The notes below the pieces were generated by a model, which saw only the letters and a list, made by a program, of their open reading frames with translations, made no database searches and was not told the origin of the DNA. A stretch of DNA of 62,980 bases, filler included. It is 6 parts of 6 records of this genome, joined end to end, with 100 filler letters (N's around TTAATTAATTAA, not from the genome) between each part and the next. Parts side by side here need not be neighbours in the genome. Positions count along the whole stretch, not along the records: positions 1 to 7,861 come from DRR723986_9493; positions 7,962 to 26,128 come from DRR723986_9501; 4 more parts are not named here. The stretch is one strand, 5' to 3'. Positions 1-10,009 of this stretch are shown here, in pieces (the first letter of the stretch is position 1; every line of letters starts with the position of its first letter). The position numbers were made by a program, and so were the translations under genes.

Positions 1-2
1 CC

Positions 3-395
3 CGCCTGTCCGAAGTCATCGAATATGCGGAAAAGCCCACGAAAAGCGGCCTGATCTTCATGGACGCCCCCGGCTACGACCCGGTGCAGGTGACGGGCCA
101 GATCGCGGGCGGGGCAAATATCGTGGCCTTCACCACCGGGCGCGGCAGCGTCTTCGGCTCGAAACCCGCGCCGACGGTCAAGCTGGCCACCAACACGCTC
201 ATGTTCGATCACATGGCCGAGGACATGGACATCAACTGCGGCACCATTCTGGACGCCGAGGAAACGATCGAGGAATGTGGCGCGCGGATCTTCGAGACGC
301 TTCTCGCCGTCGCCGGCGGAGAGCGGTCCAAGAGCGAGGCGCTCGACTTCGGCGACGACGAATTCGCCCCGTGGTCGCTGGGCCCGATCATCTGA
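3..395 (+). CDS. uxaA: UxaA/GarD-family altronate/galactarate dehydratase, C-terminal part (5' truncated)
   Basis: Frame open from the window start; motifs FMDAPGYDP, FTTGRGS, KLATNT, DMDINCG typical of the UxaA family C-terminus. Confidence 0.85.
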   Translation, partial: RLSEVIEYAEKPTKSGLIFMDAPGYDPVQVTGQIAGGANIVAFTTGRGSVFGSKPAPTVKLATNTLMFDHMAEDMDINCGTILDAEETIEECGARIFETLLAVAGGERSKSEALDFGDDEFAPWSLGPII

Positions 396-432
396 GCCGC
401 GCCCCGGCACGCGGCCCAGCGATCCGATCCCG

Positions 433-467
433 AAAAAGGCCTGCCTCGCCACCGCGAAGCAGGCCTT
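433..467 (-). terminator. Rho-independent terminator between convergent genes
   Basis: Stem AAGGCCTGC (436-444)/GCAGGCCTT (459-467); A-run at 433-437 gives a U-tract on the minus strand. Confidence 0.6.
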
Positions 468-499
468 GCGCCTTTTAGGGGATGCCCCGCGCGGCGGGA

Positions 500-1675
500 T
501 TACAGGGCGAAGCTCAACTCGGCCACCGTCGCATCGGCGATCAGGTCCTGATCGTAGCTGACCCCGATGCCCGGCCCCTGCGGCACCGAAACCGTGCCGT
601 TCTCGGAGATCGAGTCGATGTTGTCCGAATAGCCGCAGGTGTAGAAAAGCGGCGAGGGGTCGTCCATCGCGGGCGAGACATTGGCCACCTCGTACCATGT
701 GTCCTGCTGCGAGGCGGCGACCATGTGGCGGTGCACCGGGCTGGGCGCGTGGAATTCCGTCGACACGCCAAGGCATTCGCCGAAATGCAGCGTCTTGAGG
801 ATGCCCGTGATCCCAAGGTCATAGTGGCAATCCGCCCGCAGAAGGTCGGTCCCGCCCGCCAGCAGGAAATCCGCCTTGGCCTCCGGTCCGGCGACGTGTT
901 CGGTCTGCAGGATCGGAATGTCGATCGCCTCGCGCAGCTTCCTGTGCTGGTAGGCGCCCAGCCCCATGGGCCGCAGCGGGTCCTCCAGCCAGCGAAAGCC
1001 CTCCTCGGCACAGGCCCGCCCGACCCGGATCGCATCGGTCAGGTTGTTGAACACGCAGGCCGGGTCCAGCATCAGTTCGACCTCGTCGCCGAGGGCACGG
1101 CGCATCTCGCGGACGTTGGCGATCTCTTCGGCGGCGTTGCCGTCGTTCCAGCTGTGCATCTTGAAGCCGCGCCAGCCCTTGGCCTTCAGCCCGCCGAAGA
1201 AGGCGGCGACATCCTCCTTGCTGGCAAGGTTTCCGCTGCGGTCGCCGTTGTTGCACGAGGCATAGGCGGGGATCTCGGTCCGCCACCCGCCCAGCATCTG
1301 CGTCAGCGACTGGCCGGTGGCCTTGCCCGCAAGATCCCAGAGCGCGATGTCCAGAAAGGCCAGCCCGTAGGGGTTCGACGGGCGGTTCGCGCGGCGCGCG
1401 TTGCGCCAGATCTTCTCCCGCTCGGTGGCGCCGCGCCCCAGCGCCATCTTCGCCGAGGTGATCGCCGAATCCCATGACCCCGAGGGCGCCCAATTCGCAT
1501 ATTCTCCGATGGTGCCCGCCTCATCCTCGACGCGCACCTGAAGGATCGCGCGCTTCAGCACCGACCCCTTGCGATAGGCCATGGTCCCGGCGGCGATGTC
1601 GTCGGTGTAATCGCGCTCGAAATCCGGAATGGTCATCTCTGCCCGGCGCAGCCCGATCTTGGTTATCTTGCTCAA
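500..1675 (-). CDS. Mandelate racemase/muconate lactonizing enzyme (enolase superfamily) protein
   Basis: LDIALWDLAGK, GFKMH, LMLDP, WLEDP motifs; TTG start with GGAGAG RBS. Confidence 0.88.
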   Translation of the reverse strand: MSKITKIGLRRAEMTIPDFERDYTDDIAAGTMAYRKGSVLKRAILQVRVEDEAGTIGEYANWAPSGSWDSAITSAKMALGRGATEREKIWRNARRANRPSNPYGLAFLDIALWDLAGKATGQSLTQMLGGWRTEIPAYASCNNGDRSGNLASKEDVAAFFGGLKAKGWRGFKMHSWNDGNAAEEIANVREMRRALGDEVELMLDPACVFNNLTDAIRVGRACAEEGFRWLEDPLRPMGLGAYQHRKLREAIDIPILQTEHVAGPEAKADFLLAGGTDLLRADCHYDLGITGILKTLHFGECLGVSTEFHAPSPVHRHMVAASQQDTWYEVANVSPAMDDPSPLFYTCGYSDNIDSISENGTVSVPQGPGIGVSYDQDLIADATVAELSFAL

Positions 1676-2046
1676 GACACTCTCCCATATGGAAAAAATC
1701 GTTTCGATGCGGCCAACCTAGGATCATGCGTGATACCGATCCAATTCAAACACCCACGCTGTTCATGCGTGTTTGGTATCGCTTTGGCTTGCGCAGCACG
1801 GTCGGCGTTCAAGGACGCGCGCGGGGATTTTTCCGGGCAGGAGAGGGCAACCCCGGGACCGTCACCGGGCTTCGGGGCTTGGGATGGAAAAGATCTCGGA
1901 AGGCGGCAGAGACCCATCGCGCGGGACACCCGGGATGGGACCCTCGGGACGTCCCGGGGCAGGGCAGACACCCGCGCCCCGGGTCCTTCGCCGCGAGCAC
2001 GAGGGGCAAGGCCCCTCGTGCCGGTGCGGCGTCCGACCTCGGGCGG

Positions 2047-3354
2047 TCAGAGGAAGGTCAGGCCGATGGCGATGATCGCCCCCGACAGGATCAGGTGCAC
2101 GACGCAGAAGCCCATGATGTCCTTGGCGCGCAGGCCCGCGATGCCGAGGATCGGCAGCGCCCAGAAGGGCTGCACCATGTTGGTCCATGCGTCGCCCCAT
2201 GCTACCGACATGGCCGCCCGCGGCAGGTCCGCGCCCAAGGCCTGTGCCGCGGGCAGGATCACTGGCGCCTGCACTGCCCACTGTCCGCCGCCCGAGGGCA
2301 CGAAGAAGTTCACGATGCCCGCCGAGAGGAAGGACCAGAAGGGCAGCGTCGTCGCCGTGGCAAGGCCCACCAGCCCCTCGGAGATGCTCGCCGCGAGGCC
2401 GGATTGCACCATGATCGCCATGATCCCCGCATAGAAGGGGAACTGGATGACGATGCCCGCGCCGCCCTTCACCGCGTCGGTGAGCGCGTTCAGAAGGTTC
2501 CGGGGCGTGCCGTGCAGCAGGATCGCCAGCGTCAGGAAGAGGAAGTTGATGACGTTCAGCGACAGCCCGCCTCCGGCGGCGAAATACTGGATCAGCCATG
2601 CCGCGCCGGCGGCGCCCACCAGCACGGAAAGGGCCATGCCGTTTTCCAGCCGCTCGGCCGGGGTGGGGCTTTCGGGCTTGGCATAGGGATCCTCGGCCAG
2701 CAGGGCGGGATCGACGTAGACCGAATCCTCGGCGCGCGGCATCATCGCGCGGTTGACCAGCGGCACCGCCACGAACAGCGCCACGACGATGGCGAGGTTA
2801 TAGGGGGCAAAGATGGTCTGGGCGGTGGGCACGACCCCCGTGATCTCGGCGAAGGGGTGGCCTTCGGTCGCGATCGACAGCGGGATCGACCCGGCGAGGC
2901 CGCCGTGCCAGACGATGAAGCCGGAATAGGCCGAGGCGACCAGCAGCCGGTAATCGACCTTGATCTGCCGCGCCAGTTCCTTGGCGAAGAGCGCGCCGAC
3001 CACAAGGCCGAAGCCCCAGTTGATCCACGAAGCGGCCAGCGACACGAGGCTGACGAGCAGGATGGCGCCTCCCGCGCTTTTGGCGAGACCGGCAAGCGCG
3101 GCGAGGCCACGGCGCACCAGCGGCGTCGAGGCCATCATGTAGCCGGTGACGAGCACCAGCAGCATCTGCATGGAAAAGCTGAGCAGCGACCAGAAGCCGT
3201 CGCCCCAGAAGGTGATGACTTCCAGCGGGCCGGCCTCTTGGGTCAGGGTGGCGGCGAGGCCCGCGATCAGCGTCAGGACGAGGACGAAGACGAAGGGGTC
3301 GGGCAGGTAGCGGTCGACGAGGCGCACCATCGGGCGCGAGAGGAAACCGAGCAT
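2047..3354 (-). CDS. atoE: Short-chain fatty acid transporter (AtoE family)
   Basis: YLPDPF, FSMQM, NWGFGLV, WHGGL, QFPFYAGI, PSGGGQW, GDAWTNMVQPFWALP motifs; polytopic; AGGAG RBS. Confidence 0.93.
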   Translation of the reverse strand: MLGFLSRPMVRLVDRYLPDPFVFVLVLTLIAGLAATLTQEAGPLEVITFWGDGFWSLLSFSMQMLLVLVTGYMMASTPLVRRGLAALAGLAKSAGGAILLVSLVSLAASWINWGFGLVVGALFAKELARQIKVDYRLLVASAYSGFIVWHGGLAGSIPLSIATEGHPFAEITGVVPTAQTIFAPYNLAIVVALFVAVPLVNRAMMPRAEDSVYVDPALLAEDPYAKPESPTPAERLENGMALSVLVGAAGAAWLIQYFAAGGGLSLNVINFLFLTLAILLHGTPRNLLNALTDAVKGGAGIVIQFPFYAGIMAIMVQSGLAASISEGLVGLATATTLPFWSFLSAGIVNFFVPSGGGQWAVQAPVILPAAQALGADLPRAAMSVAWGDAWTNMVQPFWALPILGIAGLRAKDIMGFCVVHLILSGAIIAIGLTFL

Positions 3355-3499
3355 GGGGGCTCCTTGGTAAATGGGTCAGAACTGCTGCCCCGTAGCAGGC
3401 GCGGAGCGGCAGGGAAAGGCCCACTCATTGATAGCGAGGCGCGCCGCAACCGCAAGGAGAGCTTGATAAATCCCGCCACATGATCAATGCCTTGGCAGG

Positions 3500-4192
3500 T
3501 CAGGGCAGGGGGCGGACCACGACCTTGCCGGTGGCGGGCACGTCGAGTTCGAGGTGCCCGGCCTGCGTCACCTCCTGCACGGCGCGGGGGCGGAAGCAGA
3601 CCCAGTTCTCATGCCCCGGACGGCGCGCGCTTTCGTAGCGCAGCCCGTTGAGGTCCAGCGCCGGCCCCTCGTCGCGCAGCCGCGCGCCAAGGGCCTGCCC
3701 GGCGGGATAAGAGGCCTCGTCCGGTTGCTGAAGATCGGCGTGCGTGCCGAAGATGTCGGCGAAATCCCCGGTCAGCCGGGCGGTGTAGTCGCGGTAGGTC
3801 TGGGTCAGGCGGGGCAGGGCGGTCAGCGCCATCTCGCGGCGCATCCCGTTGGCCACCTCCAGAACCGAAGTGGTCAGGTCCGACGAGGCATACCACGCCC
3901 CCAGCGTCGCCGAGGAAAATCGCAGCCCGCCCGGCGTGCCGTGCAGGAAAGCGGCCATGACGACGCTGGCATTGGGTCGGCCAAAGACCCATTCGCCGCG
4001 GTCGAGCTGGGTCAGGCGAGGACCCGCAAGGCGGTCGTTGGTCCAGCCCTCCAACTCCATCACCGCCTCTAGGTCGTCGGGCGTGGCGACCGTGTCGAAG
4101 GCGTTCACCGGCGGAAAGCGCGAGGGGATCAGGCGGTGGGTCGTGGGCGGCGCCTGCACGCGGGGCAGGCTGGCCGGGTCGGGCGCGCTCAC
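3500..4192 (-). CDS. RES-domain toxin (NAD+ phosphorylase type)
   Basis: HRLIPSRFPP, LEGWTNDR, RFS..GAWYAS, LEV, YESAR (R-E-S residues); GTG start at 4192 overlaps the antitoxin stop (GTGA). Confidence 0.88.
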   Translation of the reverse strand: MSAPDPASLPRVQAPPTTHRLIPSRFPPVNAFDTVATPDDLEAVMELEGWTNDRLAGPRLTQLDRGEWVFGRPNASVVMAAFLHGTPGGLRFSSATLGAWYASSDLTTSVLEVANGMRREMALTALPRLTQTYRDYTARLTGDFADIFGTHADLQQPDEASYPAGQALGARLRDEGPALDLNGLRYESARRPGHENWVCFRPRAVQEVTQAGHLELDVPATGKVVVRPLP

Positions 4193-4680
4193 AGGAAGAC
4201 GATGTCGTCTTCGGTGACGGGCTGGTAGCTGCCTTCGGGCGCGCCGACCCCGGCATGGCCGCCGCGCCATGCGTCGAGCGTGCGGCGCACGGTCATCATG
4301 CCGTCCTGCGCGCCGGTCAGGATGAAGTCCATCGGCGCGGCGCCCGCGAAGACCGTGCCGTGGTGTGGCCGGGTCAGCCAGTCCAGCGCCTGCCGGTCGT
4401 CGGCAAAGAGGATCGTCAGCGCCTTGTGGATGCCCAGCAGGGCGGAAATGCGCAGGAGCGTGTCCAGCGGCAGCGAGAGGGGTGCACCCTCGCGCGCCTT
4501 CTTCATCCACGCGTGATAGGTCGAGCGCGCCGGGTCGCCAAGCACGGCAAGGCGCTGCGGTTCGCTCAGGCCCCAGCGATCGGCCAGCGCGCGAAAGCTG
4601 CGCAGGCCGGGGGCCGAAAGGCGGGCGCGGTCGGCGCCGCCGAGGTCGGGCAGCGCCTGAGGGCGGGGCAGGGCGGTCAT
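4189..4680 (-). CDS. Xre/MbcA/ParS-type antitoxin (HTH plus C-terminal toxin-binding domain)
   Basis: WGLS..Q...LG, STYHAW, DTLLRISALLGIHKAL, WL..P, VRRTLDAWRG; directly upstream of and coupled to the RES gene. Confidence 0.88.
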   Translation of the reverse strand: MTALPRPQALPDLGGADRARLSAPGLRSFRALADRWGLSEPQRLAVLGDPARSTYHAWMKKAREGAPLSLPLDTLLRISALLGIHKALTILFADDRQALDWLTRPHHGTVFAGAAPMDFILTGAQDGMMTVRRTLDAWRGGHAGVGAPEGSYQPVTEDDIVFL

Positions 4681-4692
4681 GGGTCTTCCCTC

Positions 4693-4738
4693 GCAATGTC
4701 TGATACAGGACGATATAGTCCAGATCGGGACATTGCAA
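4693..4738 (-). promoter_or_regulatory. Promoter of the TA operon with overlapping inverted-repeat operator
   Basis: Minus strand TTGCAA-N17-TATCGT; inverted repeat GCAATGTC (4693-4700)/GACATTGC (4729-4736). Confidence 0.6.
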
Positions 4739-4750
4739 GGGCAGAGGCTG

Positions 4751-5587
4751 TCAGGCTTCGATCAGCATAAGTTCGAAGGTCACGCAGACCGGCCCCTTGC
4801 CGCGCAGCATCACGCCCGAGAACTGCGCGTCCTCGGGATCGACGCAATGCATGGGCAGATGCGTCTCGGCCCCCGTGGTGGCGCCGGGCAGGACCAGCAC
4901 CTCGGAAATCGGCGAGGCCATGGGCGTGCCCCGCTGAAAGACGGCGCCGATCAGGCTGCCGATGCCCAGCACGCGAGCGCGGGCGAAACCGGCGGCGGCG
5001 GCGATCTCTTCCAGCGCCTCGGTGATGTCCTTGTGGGGTGCCACTTTTGCCAGAACGGCGTTGCCTGTCTCGCTGCCCCCGGTCGGGTGGAAGATCGGAA
5101 AGCGCGTCTCTTCGTTCATCGAGACGTCGAAGACCGCGCCGGTGATCATGTGCAGCGTGACGGTCGATTCCTCGGCCAGCGTCACCTCGTCCGGCAGCAG
5201 GTGGCCGCACCAGGCGGTTTCGCCGTCCTGCCAGACCGCGTGACAATGCAGCCACCACGCGCCGTCGCGCCGCCCGACGATGGCGGCGCCCTGCGTGATC
5301 GTGGCCCGGTCGCCGCCGCGCGGGGGGCTGTACCACGCCGCGTGCAGCCCGTCCGTCGACGGCCCCGGCCCGACGAAGCGATAGGGGCCGATGGCCAGCC
5401 CCTCGACCTCGATCACGCCGGAGTCCGCGCCCGCGGCCTCCATCGCCTCGGCCACCGCCTGCATCAGAACGGCGCCCTTGGGCAGCGTCACCCGCAACGT
5501 CTTCGCGCTGCCGCGCGCCATGGTCCAAGGCTGCGGCGCCGGGGTGCCGGGGTGGCGGATGATCTCGCGCGTGTCGAGGACGGTCAT
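4751..5587 (-). CDS. Tandem PPC/DUF296-like domain protein
   Basis: Two PPC-like halves (LHCHA..GHL; ARVLGIGSL..HLPMHC..SG); ATGA coupling to the upstream synthetase. Confidence 0.7.
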   Translation of the reverse strand: MTVLDTREIIRHPGTPAPQPWTMARGSAKTLRVTLPKGAVLMQAVAEAMEAAGADSGVIEVEGLAIGPYRFVGPGPSTDGLHAAWYSPPRGGDRATITQGAAIVGRRDGAWWLHCHAVWQDGETAWCGHLLPDEVTLAEESTVTLHMITGAVFDVSMNEETRFPIFHPTGGSETGNAVLAKVAPHKDITEALEEIAAAAGFARARVLGIGSLIGAVFQRGTPMASPISEVLVLPGATTGAETHLPMHCVDPEDAQFSGVMLRGKGPVCVTFELMLIEA

Positions 5588-7191
5588 GACACCGCCTCGG
5601 GCGCCCACAGCCCGCGCGCCTCCAGTTCCTCGCGCACCAGCTTCTTGGTGATCTTGCCGTAGCCGGTCTTCGGCATTTCATCGAGAAAGACGTAGCGGTG
5701 CGGCAGCTTGTATTTGGCAAGTTTCGGTTCCAGCATCGCGGCCAGTTCCTCTGCCGTGACGCTCTGGCCCGGCTCGCAGGTGCAGACCGCCAGCCCGACC
5801 TCGCCCCAGCGCGGATGCGGCGCGCCGAGGATCGCGACCTCTGACAGCGCCGGATGGGTCAGCAGGATCTCTTCGATCTCGCGCGGATAGACGTTCGAGC
5901 CGCCAGAGATATACATGTCCGAGCTTCGCCCCGTGATGTACAGATACCGCTCCGCGTCCATGTGGCCTACGTCTCCGGTGCGGAACCAGCCGTCGCGGAA
6001 GGCCTTTTCGTTGGCGCCGTCGTCCATGTAATAGCCCGCCGCGACACCGGGACCGGCCACGCAGATCTCCCCCGTCTCTCCCGGCGCGCATTCGCGGCCT
6101 TGGTCGTCCTGGATCGAGACATGCAACCCGGTGCGCTCTATCCCGCAGGAGCCGATGCGCGCCCCCGGCCCGTCCTCGATGTGGTGATCGTGCGGCGGCA
6201 GCACGGTGATGCAGCCGGTCACTTCGCCAAGGCCGAAGTATTGCACCAGCACCTTGCCCAGCTTGCGCAGCGCGTGCTTCTGGTCCTCGCGGTACATGGG
6301 CGCGCCCGCGTAGATCACGTAACGCAGGGAGGAGTGGTCGTATTCGTCGACCGAAGGGTGTTCGGTCAGCATCTTCACGATGGTCGGCACGGTGAAGATG
6401 TTGGTGATCCGGTAGCGTTCCACCAGCTCCCACGCGGCGGCGACATCGAACCGGCCCGGCGGCAGCAACACCGAGCAGACCCCGCCCGCGATCATCATCA
6501 GCTGGTGCATCCCGGCGCCATGGCTGAGCGGCGCGACCACGAGGCTCATGTCGTCGGGCGTGGTGCCGGGGGTCAGGTCGTGCAGGTGGTTCAGCGCGGT
6601 GAAGGTCAGCTGGCCATGGGTCAGCACCACCGCCTTTGGCCGCCCGGTGGAGCCGGAGGTGAAGAACAGCCAGCAGGGCGCGTCGCGGTCCACGGCGGCG
6701 TTGGGCATATGGGTGCCGAGGTGCTTGGCGATGACCGTATCGTAGGGCGTGCCGAAGCCTTCGCCGATGCAGATCACGCGCTCCAGCTTGGGCGCGGCCT
6801 CGACGCAGGCCTTGGCGTGTTCGGGAAAGGCTGCCTCGCAGACCATCAGCGCGACATCCGCCTTTTGCGCCAGATAGGCGACCTCGTCGGGGCGCTGGCG
6901 GAAGTTCGACGGCACCCAGACCACGCCCGCGCGCCAGCAGGCCAGCATGACCTCGGTGATCTGGTTGTTGTTGGCGCTTTGCACCATCACGCGGTCGCCC
7001 GGTTGCAGCCCGAAGTCCTGCACGAAGGCCGTGGCCAGCGCCGACACGCGCCGGTCCAGCTCCGCCCATGTGATCGTCAGGTCCTGCCAGATGATCGCCG
7101 GGCGATCCCCCAGCCGGGCGGCGTTCTTCGTCAGGAAATGCGCGAGGTTGTGCGAGCGGGTCGACCAGGGCAGACGCGGATCGCGGTTCAT
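5584..7191 (-). CDS. Acyl-CoA synthetase (AMP-binding)
   Basis: FTSGSTGRPK, YFGLGE, WFRTGD, SGGSNVYPREIE, PKTGYGKI motifs. Confidence 0.93.
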   Translation of the reverse strand: MNRDPRLPWSTRSHNLAHFLTKNAARLGDRPAIIWQDLTITWAELDRRVSALATAFVQDFGLQPGDRVMVQSANNNQITEVMLACWRAGVVWVPSNFRQRPDEVAYLAQKADVALMVCEAAFPEHAKACVEAAPKLERVICIGEGFGTPYDTVIAKHLGTHMPNAAVDRDAPCWLFFTSGSTGRPKAVVLTHGQLTFTALNHLHDLTPGTTPDDMSLVVAPLSHGAGMHQLMMIAGGVCSVLLPPGRFDVAAAWELVERYRITNIFTVPTIVKMLTEHPSVDEYDHSSLRYVIYAGAPMYREDQKHALRKLGKVLVQYFGLGEVTGCITVLPPHDHHIEDGPGARIGSCGIERTGLHVSIQDDQGRECAPGETGEICVAGPGVAAGYYMDDGANEKAFRDGWFRTGDVGHMDAERYLYITGRSSDMYISGGSNVYPREIEEILLTHPALSEVAILGAPHPRWGEVGLAVCTCEPGQSVTAEELAAMLEPKLAKYKLPHRYVFLDEMPKTGYGKITKKLVREELEARGLWAPEAVS

Positions 7192-7861
7192 TTCACGCGC
7201 TCCAGGATCGAGACATAGGACGCCACCGCCGCGCCGCCCATGTTGAAGACGCCCGCCATGCGCACGTCGTCCAGCTGCATGTCACCGGCAGAGCCGTCAA
7301 GCTGCATGGCCGCCATGACGTGCTGCGACACGCCGGTGGCGCCGATGGGGTGGCCGCGCGATTTCAGCCCGCCCGAGGGGTTCACCGGCAGCTTGCCCTC
7401 GCGGGTGGTGATGCCCTCGCGGATGACGCGGCCGCCCTGACCGCGTTCGGCCAGCCCCATGGCTTCATATTCCAGCAGTTCCGCGATGGTGAAACAGTCG
7501 TGCGTCTCGACCATGCGCAGGTCGTCGAGCGTCACGCCCGCCGCCTCCAGCGCCTGCGCCCATGCGCGGCGGGGACCGGCGAATTCGCAGGGGTCGCGGC
7601 GCGACAACGCCAGTACGTCGTTGGCCTGCGCGCGGGCGCGAAAGGCGATGCCGCGCGCCAGATCCTTGGCCACGTCCGGATGCGCCACCACCAGAACCGC
7701 CGCGCCGTCCGACACCAGCGAGCAGTCGGTGCGCCGCAGCGGGCCCGCCACGCGGGGGTTCTTGTCGCTGACGGTGTTGCAGAATTCGGCGGTGAAGGGC
7801 TTTTGCATGTGCGCGTAGGGGTTCAGCATCCCGTTGGCATGGTTCTTGGCGGCGATCATCG
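7188..7861 (-). CDS. SCP2-type thiolase / acetyl-CoA acetyltransferase, C-terminal part (truncated at gap)
   Basis: SDGAA, ETHDCFT, NPSGGL, GHPIGATG, NMGG motifs. Confidence 0.9.
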
Positions 7862-7961
7862 NNNNNNNNNNNNNNNNNNNNNNNNNNNNNNNNNNNNNNN
7901 NNNNNTTAATTAATTAANNNNNNNNNNNNNNNNNNNNNNNNNNNNNNNNNNNNNNNNNNNN
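7862..7961. other. Artificial contig spacer
   Basis: N44-TTAATTAATTAA-N44; composition and taxonomy change across it. Confidence 0.97.
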
Positions 7962-9000
7962 GCAAATGCAGGCCAGCGATGCTCTCGCGCTGCAGAAAGT
8001 CTGCCAAACGCGACAGCTCATCTCCGGGGTCCACCCAAGTAACTTCCCCGGCAGACCAAATCTGCGAAGCCAGACGATGCTCTGAACAAAAAGCGTCTAG
8101 CTTGACGCAGTGGCGGGGATTTTGCACGGTCCGGACAATCCCCGATCGCTTCGCGAATTCCGAGGCTTCCGCCCAACTCGTCTCGAACTCATCGCCAACG
8201 AACACTTCACTACATCGCCCTTCAGCGACTCTCAACATCTGCTGAGTGACCGATTCCAAACTGCCGTCTGGACCGGCCAAGCCGACCAACACCAAACGCT
8301 CGCGTCCCGATTCCAGAATCGCAATTCCAGCAATCGGAAATGGTCTGGCGGCGAACAACTGAGCAAGCTCGATAGCTTCAGAAGTCGATCCAACCAAGAA
8401 CGCCACCGTCTGCCACTCCGCTGGTCGCGGAAAGACCTTAAGAGTCACCTCGGTCATAATTCCAAGGCGTCCCAAGGAACCAACCATCAATTTGGGTAGA
8501 TCAAAACCGGCCGCATTCTTCACAACACGCCCACCCCCGCGAACGACGTTGCAAAGACCATCCACCATTCGAACTTCCATGACAAAGTCGCGAATAGCGC
8601 CGTACAACTGCCGACGTGGACCACTTGCCCCGATAGCTAACGTTCCGCCCAGGGTAGCCTCCGCGGGCAAAATGCTGGTATCAAATGGCAAGAATTGACC
8701 ATTGCTGGCGAGCTCCTGCTCCAGATCCGCGATCTTCGTTCCTGCGCGAGCAGAGATTAAGTACTCCGACGGTTCATACACCGTCACGCCGTGCAGTCCC
8801 GAAAGAGAGCACACGGACACCGAACAATCACTCGCACCCTGGCCTAACTGATGAGTTGTCTGCTGAGTTGACTCTTGGGTCAACTCCGGAGCAGACCTTG
8901 TTCCGCTTCCTTGAGGAACGATTTGGCGTCCAGCCTCTTTTTGCGTCCGCATCCACTGGACCAAGCTTTCGACGCTCGAAATAGTCTCGACAGCTACCAT
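7962..9000 (-). CDS. glcE: FAD-binding oxidoreductase, glycolate oxidase GlcE-like (3' truncated)
   Basis: YEPSEY, ATLGG, SGPRR..YG..RD, GGRVVKNAAGFDLPKLMVGSLG. Confidence 0.85.
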
Positions 9001-9040
9001 TTCACAACGCCTCTCACTCTTTCCAACGCCGCACCGATAC

Positions 9041-9913
9041 CTACCGGGCTGAGCCTAGTTGAATTGCCTGACTGACAAAATCGCAAACCACTTCTTCTTT
9101 CCATGCCTCGGACAGCCGAGCGTAAACCGCACCCTCTGGGCCAGGATATTGTCGGCCACCAAACTCGCTACACGACCAAATGCACCCGAGCGAGCCGACC
9201 AAGAGCATTTCATCAGCCGAATCCACCAACTCTGGCGAAAGCCGCTGCATAACTACGTCCATGCCTATTGCTGAGGCTAATTGGTGAGTCGTTTGGACGC
9301 TAATTCCGTGCAAAACTTCATCTGGCGGCGCGACAATCAACCGCTGGTTCTGTACCAAGATCAGGTTGGCAATCGAAGTATCCTGCAAGTTACCTTGCGA
9401 ATCACTCAATACGGCACCGACGAAGGCGTCGCCTGAAGCGGCCTGATCGGCCAAGTAGTAGTTTAGTCGACTACGATGCTTGATGCTTGGCGGCCAACAG
9501 TTGTGCGGCGCGACAGAGCGATCGGACTGGATGAGCGATTGACCTGCCTGGTAACAGTGCTTCAACCGCGCCCAGGGAAGGGGAGTGTCGTGCAGTAGCA
9601 CCGTTGGTTGCCCAGCTCCGACGACTCCCGGCGTTACCAAGATGACCAGCCCGATGTCTTGGTCTGCGGCTCCGTAAGACCGCCGTGCCAATTCAGCAGC
9701 AATCTCGGGCACATCCCAATGCAAAGGCAGCGTGATTCCTAGTGCCGCGCATCCACTCAACAATCGATCCATGTGCCGATCGAGAAAATGCAGTCGCCCG
9801 TTGAAGCTACGAAGTCTTTCGACGATAGCTGCAGCCTGCAGAACACCGTAGTCATTCACGGGCAGTGAAGGCATACACTCGGCCCAGTGCCCGTTGTGCC
9901 AGGACAGTGTCAT
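9041..9913 (-). CDS. Class IV aminotransferase / aminodeoxychorismate lyase-like PLP enzyme
   Basis: HMDRL, SIKHRSRLNY (PLP Lys), ANL, LHGIS; ATG start inferred at 9913. Confidence 0.82.
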   Translation of the reverse strand: MTLSWHNGHWAECMPSLPVNDYGVLQAAAIVERLRSFNGRLHFLDRHMDRLLSGCAALGITLPLHWDVPEIAAELARRSYGAADQDIGLVILVTPGVVGAGQPTVLLHDTPLPWARLKHCYQAGQSLIQSDRSVAPHNCWPPSIKHRSRLNYYLADQAASGDAFVGAVLSDSQGNLQDTSIANLILVQNQRLIVAPPDEVLHGISVQTTHQLASAIGMDVVMQRLSPELVDSADEMLLVGSLGCIWSCSEFGGRQYPGPEGAVYARLSEAWKEEVVCDFVSQAIQLGSAR

Positions 9914-10009
9914 AGGCAGGCCCGCCAGCGCTTCGATGCGGTAACTGACATCGAAAATTGTTGCCCCGTTTGGCAAGATGTCATTGGTCGCGTCAGACGA
10001 GAGAAATGG

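Noticed and set aside
1474-3483. 669-aa plus-strand ORF, and similar long ORFs at 45618-47903 (-) and 58201-60327 (+)
   Set aside because: Antisense shadows of well-supported genes; low-complexity translations with no motifs
4193-4738. N-terminal extension of the RES ORF overlapping the whole antitoxin (412-aa call)
   Set aside because: R/P-rich alternate-frame read-through in GC-rich DNA; the real start is the coupled GTG at 4192
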